A stretch of 64,000 nucleotides of DNA from Octopus sinensis (lineage: Eukaryota): positions 15,065,360 to 15,129,359 of the forward strand of contig NC_043019.1 of NCBI RefSeq assembly GCF_006345805.1, written 5' to 3'. The notes under the pieces are model-generated. The model had not been told where the DNA came from. It saw nothing but the letters and a program-made list of their open reading frames with translations, and did not search any database. This document shows, one piece after another, positions 10,856 through 23,019 of the stretch; positions within the stretch are counted from its first letter, which is position 1, and each line of letters opens with the position of its first letter. Position numbers and translations under genes: made by a program.

Positions 10856-12734
10856 ACGGGCATATGAAGGCTGGAGGGTGTATCAGCTGAAACGTTGTGT
10901 TAACAACAAACAAGATGAGGACAAATATTTGTTGAATGTAAATAATGTAAATAATTTGAAGAGTGAAGATGTTGAAGGTAGAAAAAAAATGGTCCTTAGG
11001 TTCATATTATCAAGGATAAATAGGGTTACCTAACGATCTGTGCAACAGAATATATTCCGGCAGGAGCAGGGATTTTTTATTTTTTTAAAAAAAGGGAAGG
11101 TTTCTTTTTTGTTTCTTTTTTTTTTTATTTTTGTGTTTTAGAAGTGCCACAGCCCTCCACCACTACTTTCATTAACTGCAATCATTGTCATTTCTCAAAT
11201 CCCATTTTTTAAAAATTTTATTTGAGTTAAAAAAAAAACAAAAAACAAAATGAACATTTGTATTGTTGTTGTTTGTGAAGTTAAAAAAAAAACAAAAAGA
11301 ATTAAAAATACAAAATCTCAGCAGAAATCAGAGACAGATGTTAGCTTTAAATCCAGTACATGATGACATCTTTACCAACAGGTGATAGTATATTACAACC
11401 AGGTGATGTTACCTTTACCAGCAGACGATTGCATATACACCTCCAGATGCTGGAATCTTTATGAAGAGAAAGATGATGGCATTTTCACAGTAGAGGCAAA
11501 AAATGGCACCTTTACTACAAGATGAGAGCATATCTACAACCAGGTGATGGTGATATAAATGTATGTGTATGTGCGTGCGTGTGTGTGTGTACATGTATAT
11601 GTATGTATGTATGTATATATATGTGTGTGTGTGTGTGTGTATGTATATATATGTGTATGAGTGTATATGTATGTATATATGTACATACATACATCACCAC
11701 TAGAGGAGGGTACCTTCAACACCTGAAGATGGTAGAACAGTACCACATCTTGAGAATGTAATATTTACCCAACAAGTAGAATGCTTTTGCATGAGTTCAT
11801 GTATGTATGTATATATACATACATACATATATATACATACATATATACACATATACATACATATACATACATATATACATATATCACCCATATGTGGTAC
11901 TTTTACCACCAGAGAAGATGGTACATTGGCTGCCAAACTGAACCATTTTAATTTTCTGTACAAGTCACCATCATTGATGGTGTCCTTATTCTTTATATAT
12001 TCTATGAGACAAATGAATTTACCATTTATAGGGCCCTGTCCATATGGCAGTCATTTCACATAATGAGAATGTACCTGCATGCGTGTATTTGTATGTGTGC
12101 GAGTGTAACTTCGTAGAGATGGTGAAAAAATTGTAAACATGGCACGTTGCTTCCACGTTTACAGAGGCCTTGCATTGTTAGCACGAGCAACCAAATTTCA
12201 CTGGCACGGAGGCTGCGTTAGAGCAGCGGCAGTGTCTATTGTTGGTATCACTCACTGTATCACTGATGAAAAAGGGGAAAAAAAAAAATTTAGAAGCAAA
12301 ACCCCTTGAGGTCAACAATGTATGTCGTAGATAAACTGGCAGGCACTCCATTTTCCAACTCAAAATTTTTTTTGTTTTGACACATCACATAGTGAAGATT
12401 TCCTTGAAGTTTGAGACATTGTCCAGAGTTTTAATTTATGTAAATCAGCAGGATGACTGGTTTAGAAATGGAGGGAAAAGATTTTCTAGTTGCTGCAGCT
12501 GGTCATTTATTTGTGCTCTCTCTCTCTCTCTCTTTCTCTCTCTTTCTCTATCCCAGATTCTGAAATCAAATCTGTGTACCATATTGGGAATTTGTTGCGT
12601 GAAAAGATGAAATAGAAAATGCTGCACACTTTAGAAAATTCTGGAAAAAACAAACAAAAAAAAGAAAGAAAAAAATTATTAGAAGACAATTTAAAATTCA
12701 GAGATAAGATTTTACTTTCCAAAGGAAAAAATAA

Positions 12735-12965
12735 ATATTTCTTTACTGCCCTCAAGGGGCTAAACATAGAGGGGACAAACAAGGACAGACAAAGGGATTA
12801 AGTCGATTACATCGACCCCAGTGCGAAACTGGTACTTTATTTATCGACCCTGAAAGAATGAAAGGCAAAGTCGACCTCGGCAGAATTTGAACTCAGAACG
12901 TAACGACAGACGAAATATCGCTAAGCTTTTCGCCTGGCGCGCTAACGTTTCTGCCAGCTCGCCGC
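12735..12965 (-). mobile_element. SINE family C
   Basis: Reverse complement of the 9711-9935 consensus. Confidence 0.8.
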
Positions 12966-13039
12966 CTTAGGAAAAAATAAAATAAAAATATAAAATAAAA
13001 CGCCACCAAAGGAAAAAATAAAACACAAACACACACACA

Positions 13040-13470
13040 CAGCTGTGTGGTAAGAGGCCTGCTTCCCAACCACATGGTTCTGGGTTCAGTCCCACTGAAT
13101 GGCACCTTGGGCAAGTGCCTTCTACTACAGCCTCGGGCCAACCAAAGCCTTGAGTGGATTTAGTAAACGGAAACTGAAAGAAGCCCATCATATGTGTATG
13201 TGTATGTGTGTGTGTGCCTTTGTGTCTGTGTTTGTCCCTCTATCACTGCTTGACAACTGGTGTTGGTGTGTTTACATCCCTGTAACTTAGCAGTTCAGCA
13301 AAAGAGACTGATAAATAAGTACTAAGCTTAAAAAATAAATCCTGGGGTTGATTTGTTCAACTAAAACCCTTGAAGGCAGTGCCCCAGCATGGCTACAGTC
13401 AAATGACCGCCTTTAGTCAAACAAATCAACCCCAGGACTTTATTCTTTGCAATCCTAGTACTTATTCTAT
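13040..13470 (+). mobile_element. SINE family B
   Basis: gctgtgtggtaagaggcctgcttcccaaccacatggttctgggttcagtcccactg...ccccagcatggctacagtcaaatgac. Confidence 0.75.
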
Positions 13471-14701
13471 CGTACAGCAAGATTGAACCTAGGAACTATG
13501 TTGTTACAGAACAAACTTCTTAACCATGTAGCCATGACTCAAACACCACCACCACCACCACCGACAGCTTCAACACTGCTAATATTAACAAACCATTGAC
13601 AACAGACAAGGCCAGGTGTAGTGGTGAGGTGTAGGAGAGAAGTGAGTGGTAATATTTGTACAGACATGCCATTTTATGAGAGAGGGGGAGAAGAGAGAGG
13701 AGGAGGAGGGAGGGACGAAGCGAGGTCAAAGTGACACTGGAAGATATGTGACAAGCCAGCAACTGGTGAATGGGGAATGGGTCAAACGGCAGAGCATACA
13801 TATGGTTGTCACTCAGTACAAACTTGTATGTGATGGTGAGAAGAAGCTTTCCATCAGTCAGTCAGTGGTGAAGGTCACTGACACAGTAAGCAAAAAGGTG
13901 CAGAGAAGGAGGGCCACATGTAATGGAAAACCCGAAGATCAATAAATACAATGCTCTCCGTCACATGTTGTCGTATGTGTAGCTGGGTGCCAAAAAGGTC
14001 TGCTTTCGAACTACATGGATCCAGGTTCAATCTCAGGGGTAGAGGAGTCTTCTACAATATCTTCAGGGTGCCACAAAGCTTTTATCGATTTGGTTGTTGG
14101 GTTGGTTGTTTGTTTTACGTCTATTTTTTCCATGCTGGTATGAGTTAGATGAATGCATTTATTATCTCTCGCTAGTTTCATTCGCCGGACGGTGGCCATC
14201 CTGGGGCACCACCTCAGAGGGTTTAGCCAAATGAGTGAACAAATCAACCCCCATCCAGTATTTATTTTTCAAGTCCAGGACTGCAAAGTTACAGGGACAT
14301 AAACAAACCAACATCAGTTGTCAAGTGATGGGTGTGAGAACAAATAAACACAAGGATACATACATACATACAGGCGCAGGAGTAGCTGTGTGGTAAGAAG
14401 TTTGCTTCCCAACCACATGGTTCTGGGTTCAGTCCCACTGTGTGGCACTCTATGAAAGCCTCTTTTATATGTATATATATATGCCTTTTATTTGTTTCAG
14501 TCATTAGACTGCAGCCATGCTGGGGTACTGTCTTGAGGAATTTTAGTCAAATGAGACAACCCCAGTCCTTTTTGGGGGGAGGGAGGATCTCCATTGCCAA
14601 ACCGCTAAGTTACAGGGACGCATTCACACCAACACCAGTTGTCAAATGGTAGTTGGGGACAAACAGAGACACAAAGACACGTGTGTGTGTGTGTGTGCGT
14701 G

Positions 14702-14758
<57 letters not shown>

Positions 14759-14759
<1 letters not shown>

Positions 14760-14955
14760 CTAGCAGTATCGCCTGGTGTTGCTCGGGTTTGTTTCAACCC
14801 TTTAGAATTGGAATTTTTGAAAAGTAAAAATTTTGCATTATGTACCTAGTTATTCTCTTTAAGGGAACATTTTTCTGGTTGAAATACACCGAAAAATAGC
14901 GACACAGCAGTAAAAAAATCGTAAAAAATAGGGATTTTCATAGAAAAAAAAGCAT
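14759..14955 (+). mobile_element. Possible non-autonomous Helitron 5' fragment in a (TA)n tract
   Basis: Starts ACTAGcagtatcgcctggtgttgctcggg, resembling Lep1-type Helitron 5' ends; no 3' end identified. Confidence 0.4.
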
Positions 14956-15260
14956 GTGAAAAACAACATTCAAGCGTGGTCGTTGCCAGTACCGCTGAAC
15001 TGGCTCCAGTGCAGGTAGCACATAAAAAACACCTTTTGAGCATGGTTATTGCCAGAACCGCCTGACTGCTCCTCATGCCAGTGGCATGTAAAAGTACCCA
15101 CTATACTCTCGGAGTGGTTTAGCATTAGGAATGGCATCCAGCTGTAGAAACTTTGCCAGATCAGATTGGAGCCTGGTGCAGCCTTCTGGCTTGCTAGTCC
15201 TCATGCCAACCCATGCCAGCATGGAAAGCAGATGTTAACAACAATGATGATGATGATGAC
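14955..15260 (+). mobile_element. RTE LINE 3' UTR fragment ending in (GAT)n
   Basis: Homologous to 23450-23735, which follows an RTE ORF end; tail catggaaagcagatgttaacaacaatgatgatg. Confidence 0.7.
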
Positions 15261-15289
15261 GATGATGATATATATAGACCAGAGGTGTG

Positions 15290-15425
15290 CTGGAAAGTAC
15301 TGCGAAAGGCCTGGTTGCACATCGAACTTTCTGAATTCTTTTACAGGGTTTCGAAAAACTGAAGGACCACTGCAGTAAGTATGTGGATCCAAGAGGGGAA
15401 GGCATTCGATAGAATCATAATTAAC
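15290..15425 (+). mobile_element. mariner transposase C-terminal remnant
   Basis: GFEKLKDHCSKYVDPRGEGIR*; homologous to 45490-45590 and 63893-64000. Confidence 0.6.
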
Positions 15426-15982
15426 TGACCCTCCTGTATTTTCTCTTAATCAAAGCCAGGAACCTTCCAACACACCCTTGTACCTGCATACACCTGCACA
15501 TACACACACACACACACAAGATTCTTTTAGTTTCCATCTAAAAATCACACTTTATTCTCTCATACAACAACAAAAAAACACACACACACATACATTAGAC
15601 AACAGAATGGCCATGGATGGAATGTCTTTGACCGTGGCCTTGCTTGGTTAGGGTTGCTGTATGGTGCTAAAGGACAGCAAACAACAAAATTAGTTTGTGC
15701 AGTGACCACCCCTACAGAAATAACCAAGTTGCAGATAACTTACATGATATTTAAGTGTGGTTCTCGACATTCTCTTTTTGTAATTCTTTCAATGGGATCT
15801 GATTTTCAACGGTCGAAAGGGGGCCTAAGTCGCCGACCGGCGTGCTGGAGCCATAACCCCCTTTGGAAGACATCTGGTACTGAATGCAAGTTAACTGGAA
15901 AAGAACGAGAAAAAAAAAAACCCAAAATTATCAACATGGGGGTCAGAGGACACAGGAAATTGTTATTTAGAAAATTATGGGA

Positions 15983-15983
15983 T

Positions 15984-16016
<33 letters not shown>

Positions 16017-16145
16017 AGAAGAAGAAGAAGAAGAAGAAGAAGAAGAAGAAGAAGAAGAAGAAGAAGAAGAAGAAGAAGAAGAAGAAGAAGAGAAGAAGAA
16101 GAAGGAGAAGAAGAAGAAGAAGAAGAAGAAGAAGAAGAAGAAGAG
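15983..16145. repeat. (CAG)n-(GAA)n compound microsatellite
   Basis: Directly visible; explains the poly-S/R/E ORF. Confidence 0.95.
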
Positions 16146-16620
16146 CAACATGAAATAAAATATTTAGCTCAAGAACAAAACACACCACCCAGTCTGGGAA
16201 CTGAACACACGATCTGGCAATCTTGAGTGCAACACCCAAACCACCAGGCCATGTTCCAGTGATCTGATGAGCTGGCTTTCTTTAATTGCATTGTTTTGTA
16301 AATATATAACCATTATTTCTTCCACCCTGAAATTAATACTATACGAAACAGCTGTAATCCTAAAGATGTCATATGGTAAAATAAATATATATATATGTGT
16401 GTTTACTTCTCATACCTCCTGACTTCGATGGTTTATATACTCCTCTAGAAATAATTTCATTGGTTGGCTCTTCTGTATTTCAGTAGCATGGATGTTCTAC
16501 GTTACACCTCCTTGTATTACATTACAATGTGGAATGTTAGCTGAGTCCGTAAGAAGAGCTTATTGTGATAACCACATGATTCTCTGCAGTCACCTCTTAT
16601 ACTACTCATTTATACAAATA

Positions 16621-16658
<38 letters not shown>

Positions 16659-19316
16659 CACAAGGTGGTGCTGAAAGAGACCTAAAGCAAATCAAATCTC
16701 AGGTGACAGCATGTTCTGTGTTTATTTATTGCTTTTACCATCCTTAAAGACATTCTTTTGTGAGGGTGGGGGTGGGGACGGCGTCGGTGGTGGTGGTCAT
16801 CATCATTGTCATATGACGACTACTATTACTACCACCACTACCACCGACACCACTGCTACTATTGATGTAGTGGAGCAGATGGAGGTGGGGGGGAAGTAGA
16901 CCTGTCTGGCTGAGGTGATAGGAATTGAAAATGAATAGGAGAGGTGGGAGTAGGGAGAGGCATTGAAGGAGAGCAAGAGAGTAGGAGGAGTGCCTGAAGT
17001 AAATTCATACATGTATGCATGTACGTGTGTGTGTGTACACGTGTGTGTGTGTGTGTGTGTATGTGTGTGTGTGTATATAATCATGGATAAAATCTTTATA
17101 AGGTTTTATCAAGTAACCAGCATGTAACAAACCATACAGGTAATAATTAATACAAGTATATATAATTATATAAATATAATTATAATAATAAGATGATAAT
17201 AATAATGGATAGTTCTACATGCTAGAAATAGATGCCAAATGACTCTAAGAACTACAGTTATTTGCTCCATTAGCATGGATTATATATATCATTTAATGCA
17301 CACAGTACAAAGATACAAGCTACTTGTAGTTTCTTGCTGTGAAGACATGTGTCTAGGCAGGCTTGTGTCTGCACAGCAAGAAACTAGTAATTCGTATCTT
17401 TATATTGAGTGCATTAAATGATATTTTGTCACTCACAGGATGGAGCACTTTTTTGGTTTAGCTCGCCATAACAAGATAGTGCAAATGTCTGTGACAGTCC
17501 ATGATAATTCTCCTGGACTAGAGCTAAGCAGACCTGTGGTTAAACAAGGAAGGACACAGATAAAGCATGTTTGGGCTGTTTACACTATGTATGTAAAAGG
17601 ACAGGATGGTCACAAATGGATCATCCATGAAATTAATTTTCCTGGATCAGAGCTAAGCAGGCCCGTGGTTACACAGCAACAAGGAAGGACAGAGACAAAA
17701 CATGTTTGAGCTGTTTCACTATGCATGTATATAAAGCAGGATGGTCATGGCTGGAACATCTATAAGCCATGGGCAATATTGGATCAAGGCCAACTAACAC
17801 CTCAGCAACCACCAGCACCACCAGCACACACTTAAAATATTTCACTAACAAAAACCAGAATAATCCAAATGAAATGGCAAGAATGCTAAATTCCTTATTC
17901 TCTCAGAAATTCTAAACGAATCTCTCCACCTAACTTCACATTATCCAAATTCATTTTGGGAGTGTCTAAATTTCAATTTCCTATTTAACGATGATACTTT
18001 AATTATCCAAATAAGTGCAATAATTATTCTCAAAGACTCATTATTTCTCCCATTTGAGATCAGCGAATGGGACCAGCAAATGCTCTAATTTTTGGGGGGG
18101 CTTTTTTTACTGGTTTCAACTACTGGACTGGACTGTGGCCATACTGGGGCACTGCCTTGAAGTGACAAATAAATAGACACCAGTGCTTATTTTCAAGTCT
18201 GGTACTTACTCTGTCAGTCTCTTTTGCCCAACTGCTAAGTGATGGGGATATAATCAAACCAACACCAGTATATATATATATATGCCTTTTATAATAAGAT
18301 ATATATATATATATAAAGAGGCTTCTGCACAGTTTTCATCTACAAAATTTGCTCTCAAGGCTTTGGTCAGCCCAGGACTCTTGTGGAAGACCCTTGCTTG
18401 AGATGCCACACAGCAGGATGGTCTTGAAACCATGAGGTTGCAAAACAAGGTTCTTAACCACACAGCCATGGTTGAGTCTATAATGAGTAATTCTGAAGTA
18501 GGATTGGTTGTTATTATTAGCAGATCAAGTGGAACACATAAAGAACTTTCTTGTTGGCTTGTAAACAAAAAAGAATGAATTTCTTTTTTTTTTTTTTTGT
18601 AAGTAGAATTCTAAATATAGAAGAAAAATGGATGTTTTCCTGAGAAATATAAGATTTCCTCAGTAAAGATCACATGACCAATTGATCAGCTATGAAGAAG
18701 AGTAACAACAGAAGAAGAGGAGGAGGAGGAGGGCAGGGATGAGGAATGTTCTCCGACAGGGAAACATATTTGTTGACTGCTGACCCAACCGAGATAACAG
18801 CTGGCTGGCCGCAATTGCTTTTGCTGTGTCAGCGCCATCATAACAGGATCGGTCTTCACATGAAGAGCGCCAGATAGGATTGGTTCAATGGTTGGAGAAG
18901 AAGGGAGAAAGAGAGGGAAAAAAAAACGAAGAAGAAATGGCAGAGAGAGAGACAGAGACAGAGACAGAGAAATTAAGGCATGATGGTGAAGAATGTGGAC
19001 GTTGTGTGATATTAATTACACTTGCAATCTAGGTAGAATTTCAACATCAACTTATGTTTCAAAACAACAAAACAATAGCTAATTACCTAACATAACGAGG
19101 GAAATTAAAACGAAGTAGATCACATGAGGAAGAGTTGAGTTAAGGAATGGTTATGGTGGATAAATAATAACGCTCACAGATTCTGCCATGTTGTTCCTTT
19201 ATTCATTCCGTTAAGCATAACTAACTGACAATGATGAGAGCATTGCATCTTGTAGCAGAAACAGCTGTAAGCTTATGAGATGTATAGCTTAATTTATCAT
19301 TCCTTTGTTCTGAAGC

Positions 19317-19358
<42 letters not shown>

Positions 19359-19364
19359 TATATT

Positions 19365-19395
<31 letters not shown>

Positions 19396-19515
19396 TATAT
19401 ATGTATGTATACTGAATTCTAACACCAGATTATTAGTATCACTATGCCTAAACAAAATAATGATAATAATAATAATAATAATAATAATAATATAATAATA
19501 ATAATAATAATAATA

Positions 19516-19680
19516 GGCGCAATGGCCCAGTGGTTAGGGCAGCGGACTTGCGGTCGGAGGATCGCGGTTTCGATTCCCAGACCGGGCGTTGTGTGTGTTT
19601 ATTGAGCGAAAACACCTAAAAGCTCCACGAGGCTCCGGCAGGGGATGGTAGTGATCCCTGCTGTACTCTTTCACCACTCT
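19516..19680 (+). mobile_element. SINE family A, 5' portion, after (TAA)n
   Basis: ggcgcaatggcccagtggttagggcagcggacttgcggtcggaggatcgcggtttcgattcccagaccgggcg. Confidence 0.85.
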
Positions 19681-20003
19681 AAAAGTCAAATGACTGAAAC
19701 AAGTACAAAAAAAAAAAAAAAAAATAGTTTCAAATTTTGCCACAAGGGCAGCAATTTTAGGGGACGGGATGAATCAATTACATTGACCCCAGTGTTCAAC
19801 TGGTACTTATTTTATTGACCCCCCCACCATTCTGAAAAGATGAAAGGTAAAGTCGACCTTGGCAAAATTTGAACTCAGAATGTAGCAACAGGCAAAATAC
19901 CACTAAGCATTTCGCCCGGTGTGCTAACGGTTCTGCCAGCTTGCCGTCCTAATAATGATAATATATACTCATAGATATACACATAAATACACGTATATAC
20001 ATA

Positions 20004-20034
<31 letters not shown>

Positions 20035-20074
20035 TAACATATATAGATATAGATATATATATACTCTTTACCCT

Positions 20075-20280
20075 TTACTCTTTTACTTGTTTCAGTCATG
20101 TGACTGTGGCCATGCTGGAGCACCGCCTTTAGTCGATCAAATCGACCCCAGGACTTATTTTTTGTAAGCCTAGTACTTATTTTATCGGTCTCTTTTTGCC
20201 GAAGCGCTAAGTTACGGGGACGTAAACACACCAGCATCGGTTGTCAAGCGATGTTGGGGGGACAAACACAGACAAACACG

Positions 20281-20328
<48 letters not shown>

Positions 20329-20467
20329 TACGACAGGCTTCTTTCAGTTTCCGTCTACCAAATCCACTCACAAGGCATTGGTCGGCCCAGGGCTATAGCA
20401 GAAGACACTTGCCCAAGATGCCATGCAGTGGGACTGAACCCGGAACCATGTGGTTGGTTAGCAAGCT
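20075..20467 (-). mobile_element. SINE family B
   Basis: Near full-length match to the family B consensus; the extreme head is replaced by an HHR-containing repeat. Confidence 0.85.
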
Positions 20468-20564
20468 ACGGGAAAGTTTACGAAAATAAACAAAAGACGA
20501 AGGCAGGTGGAGTACAAACAAACAAATGTATTAGTATAGTGCTCAGGAATAGAAATAGGAAAAG

Positions 20565-20602
20565 TCTTTTACGTTTCGAGCCTATGTTCTTCGACAGAAA
20601 GA
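20565..20602 (-). ncRNA. Minimal hammerhead variant (core CUGUCGA)
   Basis: tcttt CTGTCGA a gaac atag gctc GAAA cg TA|aaaga: 5-bp helix I, palindromic ACGU helix III, one mismatch in helix II. Confidence 0.6.
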
Positions 20603-21112
20603 TACACAGAAAAAAACAAGGAGAGAAAAAAATGTGTGTAGGAGCTAACGATCTATCATGGTGTCATATATATATATATATATATGGGGTGATTATAATT
20701 AAAATAAGCAACAAGGATATCCAGAGGTAATGCAGTATGATTGTTTCAAGTGACTCCATTTAATTGGGTGCCTTTAACTTAAGTACCATATTCAACTGAA
20801 TCTAAATTTTACTGAACTTATACATATATATATATATTTTTAATCAGGATCCCTTAATTCCCAAATGCAACAGATGTACTTACATGCTTTCTATTTTCTT
20901 CTTCCTCAGATATGTCAAAGCTCCTATTTCCTACCTCACCAGACCCTACATGTCCCGTGTGTTGGAAATTTGTTGGTAGACCTATCATACTTGCATCAAT
21001 TTTTCTTCGCCGCCTCTTTTGCTGGAAAATAACAATAAAAATGTAGATAAATCATAAGCGTGCATACGTACGTGCGAGCATGTGTGTGTGTGTGTGTGTG
21101 TTATTCAATTTT

Positions 21113-21196
21113 GAAGTTCTGATGAAGCTATAAGATGATACACAAGCACACAACTATGAGAACATTGCACCCTATAGCAGAAACAGCTGTAAGGAA
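21113..21196 (+). ncRNA. Degenerate hammerhead motif with long helix II loop
   Basis: CTGATGA(21119-25) a gctata...tatagc a GAAA(21180-83) cagctg TA|ag; palindromic ACAGCTGT; weak helix I. Confidence 0.5.
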
Positions 21197-21824
21197 ATTA
21201 AGCTAATTACATAATTTATTGTTTCTTTGCCATTTGTATAATCTCATATTCATGCATGCATGGAAGTTGGAGATTAAATTATGATGATGATATATACACA
21301 AACATATATACATATATACACACACACACATATATATATAAATACATTAGTGATGATCAGTGACAATGATTATCACTAATGTATCCACATTGGTGGATAA
21401 ATACTTACTTTTTTAGATTTTTGACACTACCTTAAGTTTCATACATTAACACTTGACAATTTTCTATTGCGCCACTTAAAATATGAATGTCATGATATGT
21501 CATGTCATGTTATATATGTAATGTCAGTGTGCACACATGACAGCGTGTAAGTGACCTAAGAGAAATGTTGGACATAAGAAGCATCAGATGTAGTGTGCAA
21601 GGAGGAGGAGAGGAGGGGGAGGGGGAGGATAATTGCTATAGGTCAGCCTATGCTGAGTGGATCTGTTGCACAAGGCACTCCAGTCATGACAATCTCCCTC
21701 ATCCTTTTACGGCTACATTATCCGGTGTGTCCCTTTTCTGACTAAAGGTAATGAGATATGATTTTGGGGGAAAATTGGCTATTTTTAGGCAGTCGAGCAA
21801 CCAGACATGGGTGCCTGATGACAG

Positions 21825-22337
21825 CAGCGATGACAATGATGATGACGATGAAGTTGGTGGTTGCATTGATGATGGTGATGATGATGATGACAGTGATGAT
21901 GCTGGTGGTAGTGGTGCTGAAAATGATTACAACTATGATGATGGTGATGATGATGGCAATGATGACAATAGCAGTGATAGTTATAGTAGCAACATTGAGG
22001 ATGATGATGATGATGGTGGTGGTGGAGGTGGTGATGATGGTAATGATAATGATGATGATAATGATGGTGATGATAATGATGGTGATGATGATGAAGGTGA
22101 TGATAATGATGGTGATGATGATGATAGCAATGATGACAATGGCAGTGATAGTTATAGTAGCAACATTGAGGATGATGATGATGATGGTGATGATGATGAT
22201 GATGATGATAGTAATGATAATGATGGTGATGATGATGATGGTGATGATAATGATGGTGATGATGATGATGATGGTGATGATAATGATGGTGATGATGATG
22301 GTGGTGGTGATGATGATGATGGTAATGATAATAATGG

Positions 22338-22368
<31 letters not shown>

Positions 22369-22385
22369 GATGGTGATGATGATGA
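21825..22385. repeat. Degenerate (GAT)n/(GGT)n trinucleotide array with internal block duplication
   Basis: The block gatgacaat(a/g)gcagtgatagttatagtagcaacattgaggatgatg occurs at about 21961 and 22132. Confidence 0.9.
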
Positions 22386-22922
22386 GGACATGCTGTCATC
22401 ACCAAGCATGAATGATGCTATTCAAAGTAATGAAGATGAAATATTGCAGCTAGAAACTTCTAAAAGAAAAACGGAACAGCAGAAACTGCACCGAGCGCTG
22501 AGCACAACACCCTTCATCATCATCACCATCACCATCATCATCGTTTACTGTCCTCATTTCCATGCTTGCACAGATCGGACAAGTGTTCCTGCAACCGACC
22601 GTCACCTGTTTTCAAGAATGGTAAGATTTTCCCACTAAAGACTGAAAACAGACATTCTCAATGGTATGATGGTGATGGCCATTTATGGTCGTCACATGAT
22701 ATTAAGAAAAAAATACACTGCACCACCACCACCACACACAAACACACACACACACAAATATATTATATTATATATATATATATATTTTAATAACGAGGGA
22801 GATAAATTGAATATAGCCTAGCAAATAAAAAAATCTGAAAAATCTGAAAAAAAAATTTTTCGCAAATCTATATATATATATATATATATATACTTTATTT
22901 AAAGCAGCAGAAAATTCAACAA

Positions 22923-22966
22923 AATCTGTTACTCTGAGTTTCTCGTTGCCGTTCATCAGACAGTTT
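22923..22966 (-). ncRNA. Minimal hammerhead motif (dimer-type)
   Basis: aaactgt CTGATGA a cg gcaa cg a GAAA ctcagag TA|acagatt: helix I ctgt/acag, GNRA-capped mini helix II, near-palindromic ACTCAGAGT. Confidence 0.65.
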
Positions 22967-23019
22967 TTGCTAGAATATATATATATATATATATATATAA
23001 ATATATTATAATATAAGCA

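Noticed and set aside
13600-13945. Possible CR1/L2 RT fragment (GPPSLHLFAYCVSDL) or the 99-aa plus-strand ORF
   Set aside because: Similarity is too weak to call by eye, and no YADD-type motif is found.
15654-16226. 190-aa ORF with poly-S/R/E
   Set aside because: Length comes from stop-free (CAG)n(GAA)n; no domain or splice support.
19516-19590. tRNA gene
   Set aside because: A/B boxes are present, but it continues into a SINE body found many times in the window and has no complete cloverleaf.
21751-22638. 295-aa Asp-rich ORF, the Met-rich (reflectin-like?) frame and the poly-His antisense frame
   Set aside because: All are readings of a (GAT)n microsatellite. There are no reflectin motifs (MDMSNY/MDRWGRY-type), and the flanks are repeat fragments.
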